Assembly: GCA_027923505.1 (NCBI GenBank)
Contig: BROI01000002.1
Coordinates: forward strand, 434,001 to 498,000
Reading direction: 5' to 3'
From: Mayamaea pseudoterrestris
Lineage: Eukaryota
Length of the DNA stretch: 64,000 nt
The notes below the pieces were generated by a model. It searched no databases, was not told the origin of the DNA, and worked only from the letters and a program-made list of their open reading frames with translations. Numbering within the stretch: the first letter of the stretch is position 1; the number at the start of each line of letters is the position of its first letter. The translations under genes were made by a program, and so were the position numbers. Shown piece by piece: positions 10,590-22,060 of the stretch.

Positions 10590-11798
10590 ATGGCGAAGTT
10601 GTGCGTTCATGACGAGCGAATAGTGCCTCGAACAACGATGCCAACAAGGTCGTTAAAATGCTTTCGCCTGATATTTTACCTTCCATTGTCATTTCTTGTC
10701 GTTCAATTGATCGTCTCGCCCTTTATGTCCGATTTCAAGTCGAACTTTCCTCGAGATGGAGATGTTGCAAGCATGCATGGGTCAATGTCATCAGCAGACG
10801 TACAAACACCTTTGCAGCAGGCAAGACCGTCATTGCCTTCGCTTCATGATCTAACAAGGTCATCTCGTGGAGAATATTCATGTCCCAATGGTTTAGTCTA
10901 CATAGAAGATATAATTCAACCTGCATCAGACGAAACAAACGTGCGATTTAAAGTCAAGCAACCATCAGCTGCTGCACCAAGCCACACTGCTGACATCAAG
11001 ACCATTCCGCGCATGATACATCAAACAAGCAAGTCTCGCTGCGTGACGCCTGAATTTGCGCGAGCCATTCACCAGTGGCAAGTTTTTGCCACGCGCCACA
11101 ACTACAGTTACTACATGCATGACGATGAGGCCGTCCTGAAACTGCTGCTGCATGATGTGACGGCAACTGAATTTTCCACCTTGCGGCAAATCGTTCAACA
11201 CTGCATTTTGCATGGCACTATGCGATCCGACCTGTGGCGCTACGTCGTCTTGTACTACTACGGCGGAATATACGCCGACCTTGACGCCGCGCCAACCGAA
11301 CGATTCCACAGCGACTTGATGCGCAACGCTTCCGGCGTCTTTGTCGTGGAGCAGTATCACTTGCTGTCGCAATACTTCATGGCGGTAGCTCCGCAGCACC
11401 CGCTCATGTGGTACGCGATTCAAGTGTCACTACACGCTTTGATGGGTGCATTTGACGTTGGGTCGGCGCCGGCGGCCATGACGACGGGCCCACACGCCCT
11501 GCACAAGGCGTTGATGGCGTTTTGCAACGACCATCCAAACGCTCCTGCCATTAGCGCGGCAGGTGCTGGGCGCAAGCCAGTCAAAGCGGGAGTGTATTTC
11601 GGTACGCGCAACTACAGTGTGGCAGTCTACGGCGTGGCGGAACGGCAAAACGAAATAGTCAACCGCGACGTGCTTGGTGGCATCGCCAAGAGGCAAGACT
11701 ACTTGAAGATGAAGATGCGACACTTTACCGAGGACAAGCGTTACGCCACTGGTCAATCGTGTCTCTCGGCCATGTACGCGGCGCAAATGAAGCAGTGA
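10590..11798 (+). CDS. Glycosyltransferase family 32 (DXD, OCH1/SUR1-like), type II membrane protein
   Basis: N-terminal TM LIFYLPLSFLVVQLIV; IPRMIHQT; RSDLWRYVVLYYYGGIYADLD; TTGP. Start could alternatively be 10638. Confidence 0.88.
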   Translation: MAKLCVHDERIVPRTTMPTRSLKCFRLIFYLPLSFLVVQLIVSPFMSDFKSNFPRDGDVASMHGSMSSADVQTPLQQARPSLPSLHDLTRSSRGEYSCPNGLVYIEDIIQPASDETNVRFKVKQPSAAAPSHTADIKTIPRMIHQTSKSRCVTPEFARAIHQWQVFATRHNYSYYMHDDEAVLKLLLHDVTATEFSTLRQIVQHCILHGTMRSDLWRYVVLYYYGGIYADLDAAPTERFHSDLMRNASGVFVVEQYHLLSQYFMAVAPQHPLMWYAIQVSLHALMGAFDVGSAPAAMTTGPHALHKALMAFCNDHPNAPAISAAGAGRKPVKAGVYFGTRNYSVAVYGVAERQNEIVNRDVLGGIAKRQDYLKMKMRHFTEDKRYATGQSCLSAMYAAQMKQ

Positions 11799-12024
11799 AT
11801 TGTAATGCTTGATGTTGCCTTTGCGTGCTAAATAGAAAGAGGACCTAGCAGTGAATTGCTACAACGCAATGAAAGCAAGCATTTACTTAAAGGATTTCAC
11901 CGCCAAAATTGCAAGAGCTATTCCATAATCTAGTTGTAAGCTTCATTGCTGACTTTTCTATTAATGCGGCGTCGTCGTCCCTAAAATGGTGAAGCGCGCC
12001 AATTCTATGATTTTGCTCGCTACT

Positions 12025-13714
12025 CTATACCGCTGCCGTTTGCGTGGCGCCAAGCATTTGGTTCGCCGGTGTCTTGCTGTCGTTGCGAATGGCGCCAATC
12101 TGACCCACTCTACCGCGTGACAGTGGTGCACCCGGCACGGCGTCCGCTTCGGCGACTTGCTTGTACAAGTCCCAATTCATTTTCAGAATCTCCCACTCGT
12201 CGCTTTCGCGGTATCCACCAGGAATGTTGTTGTCAGCGGCGAACTTGATGAGTCGCTCCCGCAGTTGCGGGTACTTGTTGCGGGGCATGCTTGGAAACAA
12301 GTGGTGCTCCAACTGGTACTGCATGCCGCCCCAGATCCACTCGGAGAATGGGTTTCGCGTCACGGCGTTGCGCGTCGACATGAACTGCGCCGTGACGAAA
12401 TCGGGTTGGTAGTCGTCAAACATGGCTTCCGACTGATGCGTCGGTGTGACAATCAAGGCGGACACTAATCCACTCACGAAAATGGCTGGAATCCATATTT
12501 GAACGGGAAACACGGTAAATAGAAACAAGTAATGCGCCAGCAAGGCGTAAAGTTCGTCCTTTGCATTTGGTCGCTTGTCTTCCACTGCCTTGATGGCAAC
12601 CACCATACTATCAAATCGCCATAGCGCAAAAAGAAAGGAAAATGGAACAAAGAAAATGTAATGCTGAATTTTGCGAAGTGGTGAGTCCTGGGATGGATCT
12701 GGGGCCCACATGAAGAGAAACGGATCCGTCGCCAAGTCTTCGTCGACGCCAACTTCGTTGGTGAGCGCATGGTGCTTGTTGTGCTTGTCGCTCCACCAGT
12801 TTGGACACAAGCCGGCTGTTATGCAAGACATAGCGCAAGTATAGAATGAGTAAGGACGCTGTGTACAATAGCATCTAGCCATGTGCCACTTTTCACTCAC
12901 CCGAGTAAGCTGCAAACAGTCGCCACTTGTTGGCAAACTCGTCGACGCCATGAATATAGTCATGTCCCAGCCAGCCAGCCGCACTCATGGAAATGGCCAA
13001 GCAACTCGTCGAGAGGAGTGGCATGTCTCTGGTGACAATGGCTGCCAAGACAAAGGATCCCCACAATCCAATCTGCGTCGCCTCATGCATCAAGTCTCGC
13101 TTCCAAAAGCCTTGATCCAACAGTTCCTTTCGTAGCTTGCGAAAGTTAATTTGCGTCTGCGAGTCTGGTTCCACCGTTTGCTTCAAATACACTTGCGTTT
13201 CCGGTTTCGTCTTTGGCAGTCGCTCCAACATTTTCATGGCGCGATCCGAGTGAAAGCCATCCATGACTTCGGTAGCGTCGCGGCCGTCGTACCAGTCGAT
13301 CCAGTGCGTGCCGGCGGGATGCGCCTTGCGCCAGCCGCTCAAATCGTACCACGTGTTGTGTATGCGCACGTCCAGGGATGTCCGACAGTTTTGGTCGTCG
13401 CAGGCGGAAACTTGGACGCAGTTGGCGTCGTCGTCGCAGTCCCAGGCAGTGGGGTTGCTCATGATTGACATGTTGTTGTGGCTTTCGTTGGTGGCAGTAG
13501 TTGATGCAGTTGGTGCTGCTGCTCCATTGATAGCTCCATTCACACTTGCAGCTCCATTGACGGCAGTCACTTCCTCTACTAGCGCCGAGAATCGACGTGA
13601 ATTTGACAACGTCTGGAAGGATCGAGGTGAAAATGCCGAAACTGATTGCTGCAGCGAAAATACCAAAAGTAGCAGAACTGACGCAGTGTTCATCATCATC
13701 GTGCGTGCTACCAT
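12025..13714 (-). CDS. Plastid-targeted cytochrome b5-fused (front-end) fatty acid desaturase; 2 exons (13714-12901, 12815-12025)
   Basis: Signal peptide + SVSAFSP cleavage motif; cytb5 HPAG; His boxes HDYIH, HNKHH, QLEHH. GTGAGT..AACAG intron at 12900-12816 gives YSAGLCPNWW in frame. Confidence 0.93.
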
Positions 13715-14624
13715 GATTAATCTCCGTGTTTCACGAAAAAAATCGAACAAGTACAGTGACAGACGACGTTCCAGCAGCAGTCAAACGACTGACTGCAACG
13801 AACAATGGGGAGGTGAGACAGATGAAGGGGTGGTGATGCCGATGAGTGTGTGTTTCAAAGAAAACGAAACGTCAGTCGGCCACATGGCAAGAAAGGTATC
13901 TTGAAGTCGCAGCGACACCGATTTAAGAAATAACGATACGACGCCATGACGTTTTTTACATTAGCGACCCGAATTGTTCCACCATGGCGCGCCACAACGA
14001 GCAGCCGTGCCGGTTGACCAGGTCATTTCGATAGCAGTGAATTGTTCCATGTAATCCGATAAGATATTGGTGCATCGCGAAAGAGTACATCATGTCATTG
14101 TCTAAAGTCCCAAAGCCATTGACAGCAGACAACAACAGCACCATTTTGTATCACGAGGAGGAGCGACCCTGGTGGCTTTGGATGCTTTTACTTGCCTTTC
14201 CGTTGATCCCAAGCTTTCGGTACGAAGCGACTGCTCGATGGAAGCATGCTGCTGATGAAAAATTTTGGTGTTTCAAATCACTTTCGCCTCGTGTCTAACG
14301 ACTCATGTTTCTCCATTGTGTCACTACAACTTTCGCTTCATTCAGCGATGGAACAAAATGTTACTATACCTTTAACGCGGAACAGCCGGAACGGTTTCGA
14401 AGGAATTACTGGAGGTGCCGGATGCGGCGGCTCGCAGCAAGGAGGATTAAACTACAGTACTTGCATTCACGAGCAGTTTGCTATGGCAAGTCAGTTCACC
14501 TTCTAGTACTGCTTGAGTAGAGCTCGATGATTCACGATTGGTAGCAGTGATGATAATGAAACTAGAACTATGTGTGCGTGCGTATCTATGCTATTCATTA
14601 TGGACAGTGCAGCAGCCCCTGTTT

Positions 14625-16292
14625 CTACACTGACCTGGATAGACTAATAGATGCCGTCGCCTCGGCCGTTGATGGTTGCGCCTGGAGCATTTCATCGCTC
14701 GGCACCGACTCAATGTCCAAGTCGTCATTGTGCCAAGCTAATGGCGACTTGACCTTGGATGTGCTTGGGACTTGCTCCAGTTCGGTAATTTCAATGGATA
14801 AAATGTTTTCATCCATTGGATGCTGTGCATCATCTTCGTTGCTGGGCTCGCCAATGATGCATTCCTTCATTGTCCTTGGCATTGTTGCAACTTGTTCGTC
14901 GCTAGTCTCGCCAATAATGTATTCTGTCATTGTATTTGGCTTTGTTTCTTCGTGGTCAGTCTCTAGCGTGACGATTGTAGGAGAAGTGGACGCCATTTGG
15001 TTTTCTCCATCTGCCTCCTCCCTGGCGGCGGCCTCGTCAGTGATAAATTCCGTCACTGTCTGTGGCCTCGTTGGATCCTCTTTAGTCTCTGGCGAGACGA
15101 TTGTGGGAAAAGTTGACGCCATTTCCTCCTCTCCATCTGCCTCCTCCTCGGCGACGGTCTCGCCAAAGATGCATTCCGTCAATGTCTGTGGCCTGGTTCC
15201 TTCCTCTTTAATCTCCGGCGCGACGACGGTCGGATCATTGGACGCCATTTGATCCTTTCCATCCGTATCCTCCTGGGCGACATCATTGTCATCAACACTT
15301 TCCGCTTCCACCAAACTAAAGGCTTCCGACGATGCGCAGCGACAGTCCAAAATTTCGTCATGAGCACTTGGCGAAAGTTCTTGTTGACAAGTGTCATCGT
15401 CGTCGTCATCACTCAGCAGGCTCTCACCCTCCTCCGGCACGGTGGGCAATGCACCAATCACCATGAGCTTGTTCGTGTCGAGTTCCATTTCCAGCTCGAG
15501 TCGCGTATTGTTGGGACCATAGGCATATATGACATCGTCGTCGTCGTCGTCATCCGTGTCGTTCGAATTGTTTCGCGGTGGACTGGTGGTTGTCGCATCA
15601 TTGTCAAAGCACAAGCCGCCGCCACTTGCATGCTGCGACGCTTTGGGCATCATGCAGTCGAGTGGTGACTCGTCGCCGCCGCCGCCAAGTGTTTCCATGA
15701 CGCAGCAGTACCAGGAGAGGGGTGGAACGCTCGTATAGTCTTCGCGCATCATGAGTTGTTGCTGCTGGTCAGGTGACTGCTTCTTCATCAACTGTCCGAC
15801 GCGCCATGTGGTCGTTGACGCAGTGGCCTTGAATGCTTTTGGAGTTGTCGCAGCAAAATGGTAATCGGTTGTAGCTTCTTGCTGCTGTTGCTCTCGCCTT
15901 GCGTCTCCATGATGCATTCGCTGGTCGTCTCCTGCAACATGAACATCAATCTCCCTTGCTTCACTCTCACATGCACCGCTAGCTGCTGCCATGGGACTGT
16001 GATAGTCGTCAAAGGTGAACTTTTTAGCCGAAACTCTTGGCGACGGTAGTTCACGGTAGCCGTTGCCATCATGGTGTTGCTGTTGCTGCTGCTGTTGCTG
16101 CAGTCGAATACTCAATCGTCGCTCGTCTGTCGGACACTCAAAGAACTTGACGGATGGCGGCGTTTCGCACGACTTTGATACCGTCATGATGGAGCGGTCG
16201 TCGTCGTCGTCTTCACGAACAAATATTTCGTGGGGAGGAAGGTGCGACTGTATTTGCTGCGGCTGCAGCGAAAATAGCGGGGAGGAGCTCAT
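14625..16292 (-). CDS. Hypothetical acidic, low-complexity protein with C-terminal ~42-aa repeats
   Basis: Long ORF (~555 aa from MSSSPLF) with polyQ/polyD tracts; no recognisable domain. Confidence 0.65.
   Translation of the reverse strand: MSSSPLFSLQPQQIQSHLPPHEIFVREDDDDDRSIMTVSKSCETPPSVKFFECPTDERRLSIRLQQQQQQQQHHDGNGYRELPSPRVSAKKFTFDDYHSPMAAASGACESEAREIDVHVAGDDQRMHHGDARREQQQQEATTDYHFAATTPKAFKATASTTTWRVGQLMKKQSPDQQQQLMMREDYTSVPPLSWYCCVMETLGGGGDESPLDCMMPKASQHASGGGLCFDNDATTTSPPRNNSNDTDDDDDDDVIYAYGPNNTRLELEMELDTNKLMVIGALPTVPEEGESLLSDDDDDDTCQQELSPSAHDEILDCRCASSEAFSLVEAESVDDNDVAQEDTDGKDQMASNDPTVVAPEIKEEGTRPQTLTECIFGETVAEEEADGEEEMASTFPTIVSPETKEDPTRPQTVTEFITDEAAAREEADGENQMASTSPTIVTLETDHEETKPNTMTEYIIGETSDEQVATMPRTMKECIIGEPSNEDDAQHPMDENILSIEITELEQVPSTSKVKSPLAWHNDDLDIESVPSDEMLQAQPSTAEATASISLSRSV
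14830..15255 (-). repeat. About three 126-bp coding tandem repeats plus a partial unit
   Basis: QMASNDPTVVAPEIKEEGTRPQTLTECIFGE / EMASTFPTIVSPETKEDPTRPQTVTEFITDE / QMASTSPTIVTLETDHEETKPNTMTEYIIGE; GACGCCATTT anchors 126 bp apart. Confidence 0.9.
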
Positions 16293-16643
16293 GGTGGTGG
16301 TGGTTGATTTCGTTGGTTCCGTCACTAATAGAATACACTTGCAGCTGGCTCCATGGAGTGCAACGTAGATAAAGGTGCCGCTGTTGCCGTAGTACGTCGG
16401 CTGCTAGTGTTGATTATCGATGTTTCTTCGTTTGGCGGCGGCGGCGGTTTCGACTGGCGAGCCTTCGGAAACGCAGTTGAGCGTTTCGGCGATGATGCGC
16501 GGTCGTGCGTCACATCAAGCGGTAATGAAAACACAAAAAGACTGCCATGCGCGCCAGCGACATGGCGTTGCAGGCGCGCGCAAGCGTCTCGTAATGGATT
16601 CCAATCACCCTCGACGAGTGCCATTGCAACTTCCTCGTTCGCC

Positions 16644-18783
16644 ATGATGGTTACAATATTATTGCGGCTACCTTTGCTGCTGACAGCGTTACTGTTATTA
16701 CTAGTAGCTGCTCATGGCCAATCTGAATCAACTGTTTCTGCTGCTGGAAGCAGCAGCGACGGCATCAGCGATACTACTAATACTGACAATTCGGAATGCG
16801 GCCTCTACTTGGCCGTCTCCTCCACATCCACGGACGACAATACGATATGGGGCATTTACGCGGGAAAACACTACGCGGAAGGCGAAACGGTGGGCGTCCC
16901 CGAGCTGGCCGTCAATACGCACAATTTACGCTTCAACGTGGTTTCGCTGCGCCATCCGCCGCAAACAAGTCTAATAAAGTCGCTGGGGTTTTTGGAGGAG
17001 TGAGTAGAGAGAGATTAAATAGAGAATGAATCATTTGAAAAATATTGATCACTGTCTCACTTCACAATCTTCTTTCAGAAACTTTTGGGTCGGAGAATTG
17101 GTGGGCGCCAAGTACGAATTGAGCAAGGGACGCTCCATTAGTTTAGTGAGTGGCAGCGGCTCGCTGGGCGCCGCCTCGCCCAAGGCGACCAACGCCAATT
17201 GGCATCAACAAAAAACGTGGCAGCGACAGCCGCTGGGGGAGCAAGCTGGAGTGGCGCATCCGTCGCGGGGAGCCATTTCGCCCTTTTATGGTATGTAGGC
17301 AGAGCTGCTCGAAGCAGAAGAAGCGATCGATCATGTAAATGACAACTCCCCTCTTGCACAAACTCACCAATATATAAACATCTCTTATACTTTAACAGAC
17401 GCTGTGTTGCGCACGCTGACGCCTGTCAAAGCAGGCTCGGAAATCTTTGTCGACTATGGCAATACCTTTGACGAAAAGTCGGAGGACGGAGAGGATGAAC
17501 TCACCAAGGACGACTACCTGAAACTGGATGAAACGGTGCAGCAAATGATTCACTTTTTCGACAAGCACAGAGCGGAGCTTGATCCAGATTCCAAGCGCGA
17601 AATTTACAGTTTCATTACGAAAAACGTCATGACAGCCGCCGTTGGCGCCACCAAGGCGCTCAAAATTGCAGCCATGTTGCCGCCTTCTGCGGACGAGCTT
17701 GCCGACGTTGTTTCCGCCGGCGGCGTCTTGCAATATGTCGCTCCAACGTCGTCGCAACCCACCGCGTGGCTGCAGGAGCATGGCAAGTGCATGGACAACT
17801 TGCGCGCTGGTGCTTCTACCATAGTCAACGCGGGACGCGGAGCCTTTGCCACACGACATATAAAACAAGCCAGTACGATTGTTCCAGTGCCCTTGCTGCA
17901 GATTCCAAACAAGTCGATTTTGAACATTTATCCACTCAAGCCAAATAGTTCCGGCGAACTATCGCGCATCAATGACACTGTGACTGGAACGCAGCTATTG
18001 ATGAACTACTGCTTTGGTCATCCCGACTCCACCATGCTTTTAGCGCCGACGGGAAGCAACGTTGGTTTAATCAATCACCACGAAACGCCAAACGCCAAGC
18101 TCGTTTGGTCGAATCACACGTTACACGAAAAGCACTGGCTGCAGCTGCCGCCGGAGCAACTGGTGACCAACGATTACGCCTACGTTGGTTTGGTGCTGGA
18201 AGTGGTGGCGCTGCGAGACATTGCGCAAGGAGAGGAGGTGTTTTTGGACTATGGCGTGGAGTGGGTCGAGGCATGGAACAAGCATGAACAAGTGTGGCAG
18301 GAGCGATTGGCATCGGGTGACTTGCCAAGCAAATGGCCACTTCGCGCGCTGGATATGAATGCCGCGTATGCCAATAAACCGTTTTTGACCAAGGAGGAGC
18401 TTGCACGTAGCCCCTATCCCAAAAATGTGGGGCTTGCTGTATTCTTAATGCTGGCAAACGACGGCGCGAGTGGAACCATCGACGATCCAAAGACTTGGAC
18501 GGCGCCAGCATCGAATCTAGCCTTTACGTGGGAGTACCTGGTGGAACCGGACTTTATCGAGAGCGTAGCAACAAATGCAGATGGCTCGTTTTCTTATACA
18601 ATTAAATGGACCAAGGACGAGAACGAGGCGTTTTACGTCAAGGACGTTCCGCACAGCGCCTTTGTGTTTGTGGATGCTTCCGAAACGTCGGACCAATTCA
18701 CCAAGGATCCGTTCCGCCACTACATTTCAATTCCAGATGATGTCTTTCCCCAAGGTCCTTGGCGTAATGCAAAGAAACAGTAA
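16644..18783 (+). CDS. Secreted protein with two SET-like domains (diatom-type putative protein-lysine methyltransferase); exons 16644-16999, 17079-17290, 17399-18783
   Basis: Signal peptide MMVTILLRLPLLLTALLLLLVAAHG. CGLYLAVS..WGIYAG and AGSEIFVDYG (SET-like 1); GRGAFATRHI, GLINHH, VVALRDIAQGEEVFLDYG (SET-like 2). Both GT-AG introns preserve frame. Confidence 0.85.
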
Positions 18784-18818
18784 CGTCATCTATTATATTT
18801 AAAAAGTTGCTCTTGCAT

Positions 18819-19834
18819 CGCTGGTGCTTCTACCATAGTCAACGCGGGACGCGGAGCCTTTGCCACACGACATATAAAACAAGCCAGTACGATTGTTCCA
18901 GTGCCCTTGCTGCAGATTCCAAACAAGTCGATTTTGAACATTTATCCACTCAAGCCAAATAGTTCCGGCGAACTATCGCGCATCAATGACACTGTGACTG
19001 GAACGCAGCTATTGATGAACTACTGCTTTGGTCATCCCGACTCCACCATGCTTTTAGCGCCGACGGGAAGCAACGTTGGTTTAATCAATCACCACGAAAC
19101 GCCAAACGCCAAGCTCGTTTGGTCGAATCACACGTTACACGAAAAGCACTGGCTGCAGCTGCCGCCGGAGCAACTGGTGACCAACGATTACGCCTACGTT
19201 GGTTTGGTGCTGGAAGTGGTGGCGCTGCGAGACATTGCGCAAGGAGAGGAGGTGTTTTTGGACTATGGCGTGGAGTGGGTCGAGGCATGGAACAAGCATG
19301 AACAAGTGTGGCAGGAGCGATTGGCATCGGGTGACTTGCCAAGCAAATGGCCACTTCGCGCGCTGGATATGAATGCCGCGTATGCCAATAAACCGTTTTT
19401 GACCAAGGAGGAGCTTGCACGTAGCCCCTATCCCAAAAATGTGGGGCTTGCTGTATTCTTAATGCTGGCAAACGACGGCGCGAGTGGAACCATCGACGAT
19501 CCAAAGACTTGGACGGCGCCAGCATCGAATCTAGCCTTTACGTGGGAGTACCTGGTGGAACCGGACTTTATCGAGAGCGTAGCAACAAATGCAGATGGCT
19601 CGTTTTCTTATACAATTAAATGGACCAAGGACGAGAACGAGGCGTTTTACGTCAAGGACGTTCCGCACAGCGCCTTTGTGTTTGTGGATGCTTCCGAAAC
19701 GTCGGACCAATTCACCAAGGATCCGTTCCGGCACTACATACAAATTCCAGATGATGTCTTTCCCCAAGGCCCTTGGCGTAACACCAAGAAACAGTAACAT
19801 AGTCTATTATATATTTGAAAAGATGCTCTTGCAT
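18819..19834 (+). pseudogene. Tandem partial duplicate (1014-bp offset) of the 3' half of the SET-domain gene
   Basis: 17805-18818 is repeated from 18819. It looks identical over ~900 bp, with substitutions only near the stop. No own signal peptide or canonical start region. Confidence 0.85.
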
Positions 19835-20377
19835 TTATCAAATTGTACCATTTTCTCAGCAGGTAATTTACGTCCGTGGTTTATGTATGGACACAATCAT
19901 ATTAAATAGGCGAATGCTTGCAGGCTCAGCCGGTGGCTGGTTGCGGTGTTGCTCCAATGTCCAGAAATTTGGCTCCAGCTCTCTGAAGTAGGGTTTATTC
20001 GTATATTCGTACATTGGCTCCAGGCGACCCGTTGCTAGCTAAGCAGCATCATATCGTAACGGTACTCGCAGTCAAGTTTGGCCGCGCCGTCGCGCCATCC
20101 ACAATTGCATCCGCAACTAACCTTTCGCCCCAACTTTTTTGAGACTCTGAAGCAATTCCCGCGTTAGCCCTTGTCCAACATTGTTACATTTCGACACTAC
20201 CGCGATTATTGCATCTTCGCTCTATTAGCTACGACGTTTCGACCTCCCGCCTCCGCTCGCTCGCTGTTGCTGCGATTGCATCGTCATCATCCATTCAACA
20301 CTATTGTGTGCCAAGGAAATCTGCGATTTGCTCCACGGCTAGAACATTCCGTCCACTACTGTTCCACTTATAGAACC

Positions 20378-21556
20378 ATGCCTCCGGACGAGAATGAATC
20401 GTCTGTAGCAGTTGTAGCAGCTGTCCCAGCTTCTGTGGAATCACCGATTGTCACGACGAAACAACATGACGACACAGACCAGCATCAGCAACAGCAAGTC
20501 AACGACAACGGCAATGATGATTCAGTCGAGGAAATCACTCAGCGAGTGCAAGGGATTCACATTGTCACTGATGAAAAGGATGATGACGACAAGGGCGACG
20601 ATGCAGTCAAGAATGGAGTGAAGGAACGCGACAAGATCAAGCCAACTGCTGCTGCAGCAGCAGCCACCAAGCCCAAGCCCACCATACGAAAAGAAATTCG
20701 TACACTTGCCGACTGGATCGACAAGGCCCAAAACATTTTAATCGTCACTGGCGCTGGCGTTTCCTGCGCCGCCGGCATTCCCGACTTTCGGTCGCCCGGC
20801 ACGGGTTTGTACGACAATTTGCAAACCTACGACTTGCCGTTTCCCGAGGCCGTCTTTGACTTGGACTTTTTTCGGCATAAGCCACTCCCCTTTGTGCAAC
20901 TGGCGCAGGCACTGTGGCCGTCGCAGCACTTGCCAACGTATACGCACTCGTTTCTCACGCTGCTGGCGAAGCGCTCTAAGCTGCTCCGCAACTACTCGCA
21001 GAATATCGATGGATTAGAGTATCTAGCGGGTTTGCCCGCGGAGCGACTGCTGGAATGCCACGGTCACTTTCGAACGTCCACCTGCATTGACTGCAGCAAG
21101 CAGCATCCACAGGAATTGGTCGAGGCGGATATTTTGGTGCATGCTCGTCCGACGCACTGTCTCAAGTGCCACGGCCTGGTCAAGCCGGACATTGTTTTCT
21201 TCGGCGAAGGCTTGCCGGATCGATTCCACAGTTTGGTGCACGGTGACGTGAAACAGGCGGACTTGTGCATTGTCATGGGAACCAGTCTGCAAGTGGCACC
21301 AGTCAGCATGATTCCCAACATGGTGGGACGTAAGACGAAAGTGGCGCTTGTGAATCGGGAGGCTGTTGCTGGAACCAAGATTGACTTGTTTTGTCGAGGC
21401 GACTGCGACGACATTGTGCAAGAGTTGGTGCAGGCGTTGGAGTGGCAGGTGGAGTTGGACGAGCAACATGAGGAAATGCTTCAATTGCGAAGGGAGGAAA
21501 GAAGCAAGTCGAAGCAGGGTAAAAATAAGAATGAAAAAGTAAATGGCAAAGCATAG
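20378..21556 (+). CDS. NAD-dependent deacetylase, class I sirtuin (SIRT2/Hst2-like)
   Basis: GAGVSCAAGIPDFRSPGTGLY, YSQNIDGLE, ECHGHF, CxxC...CxxC, KPDIVFFGE, GTSLQVAP, VNRE. Confidence 0.95.
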   Translation: MPPDENESSVAVVAAVPASVESPIVTTKQHDDTDQHQQQQVNDNGNDDSVEEITQRVQGIHIVTDEKDDDDKGDDAVKNGVKERDKIKPTAAAAAATKPKPTIRKEIRTLADWIDKAQNILIVTGAGVSCAAGIPDFRSPGTGLYDNLQTYDLPFPEAVFDLDFFRHKPLPFVQLAQALWPSQHLPTYTHSFLTLLAKRSKLLRNYSQNIDGLEYLAGLPAERLLECHGHFRTSTCIDCSKQHPQELVEADILVHARPTHCLKCHGLVKPDIVFFGEGLPDRFHSLVHGDVKQADLCIVMGTSLQVAPVSMIPNMVGRKTKVALVNREAVAGTKIDLFCRGDCDDIVQELVQALEWQVELDEQHEEMLQLRREERSKSKQGKNKNEKVNGKA

Positions 21557-22060
21557 TGTAACGCTTGGTGGTTTTAAGGAACCTGTACTGTTGTTGAAAT
21601 GGCTCTTACCATAATGAAGTAGGTTTCTTTATCCCCAAGCCTGTTGCTCAGAGCGCTACCCAAAGCCTGCTTACAAGCTCCTCGTTCAATTTGATCCGAA
21701 ACGAAATGAACATTTGTCGTTGTCGCGAGGCAGTACGGTTGTTGAACCTATCTTGATATCTTTGTTGTCCACTACTACTATCACACAGTGTTACATTGCT
21801 TGATCGTCATTGCAAAGCTTGATGACATCTCACTGGCATTAATTTTTGTCGCACCACGAATGACAAGCGTGACGATCTTCGATGGAACGGCTTCACATGA
21901 ACGACCCAAGGAAAAAGCCAACAAGAAAGCAGGACCACTTGACTCTCGCTCATCACGATAGCCATTGAACGACTCATACTTCATTGTCTAGCTGTATAGA
22001 TTGAAAGATAGAGAGACGAGGAAAGCAAGATAGGAGTTTAACTTCAATTACTACAGCATC

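Noticed and set aside
14092..14520. Possible small gene or relic (MSLSKVPK...PWWLWMLLLAFPLIPSF; FSDGTKCYYTFNAEQPE)
   Set aside because: Looks protein-like, but I could not build a convincing spliced model or assign a family; needs transcript or homology evidence.
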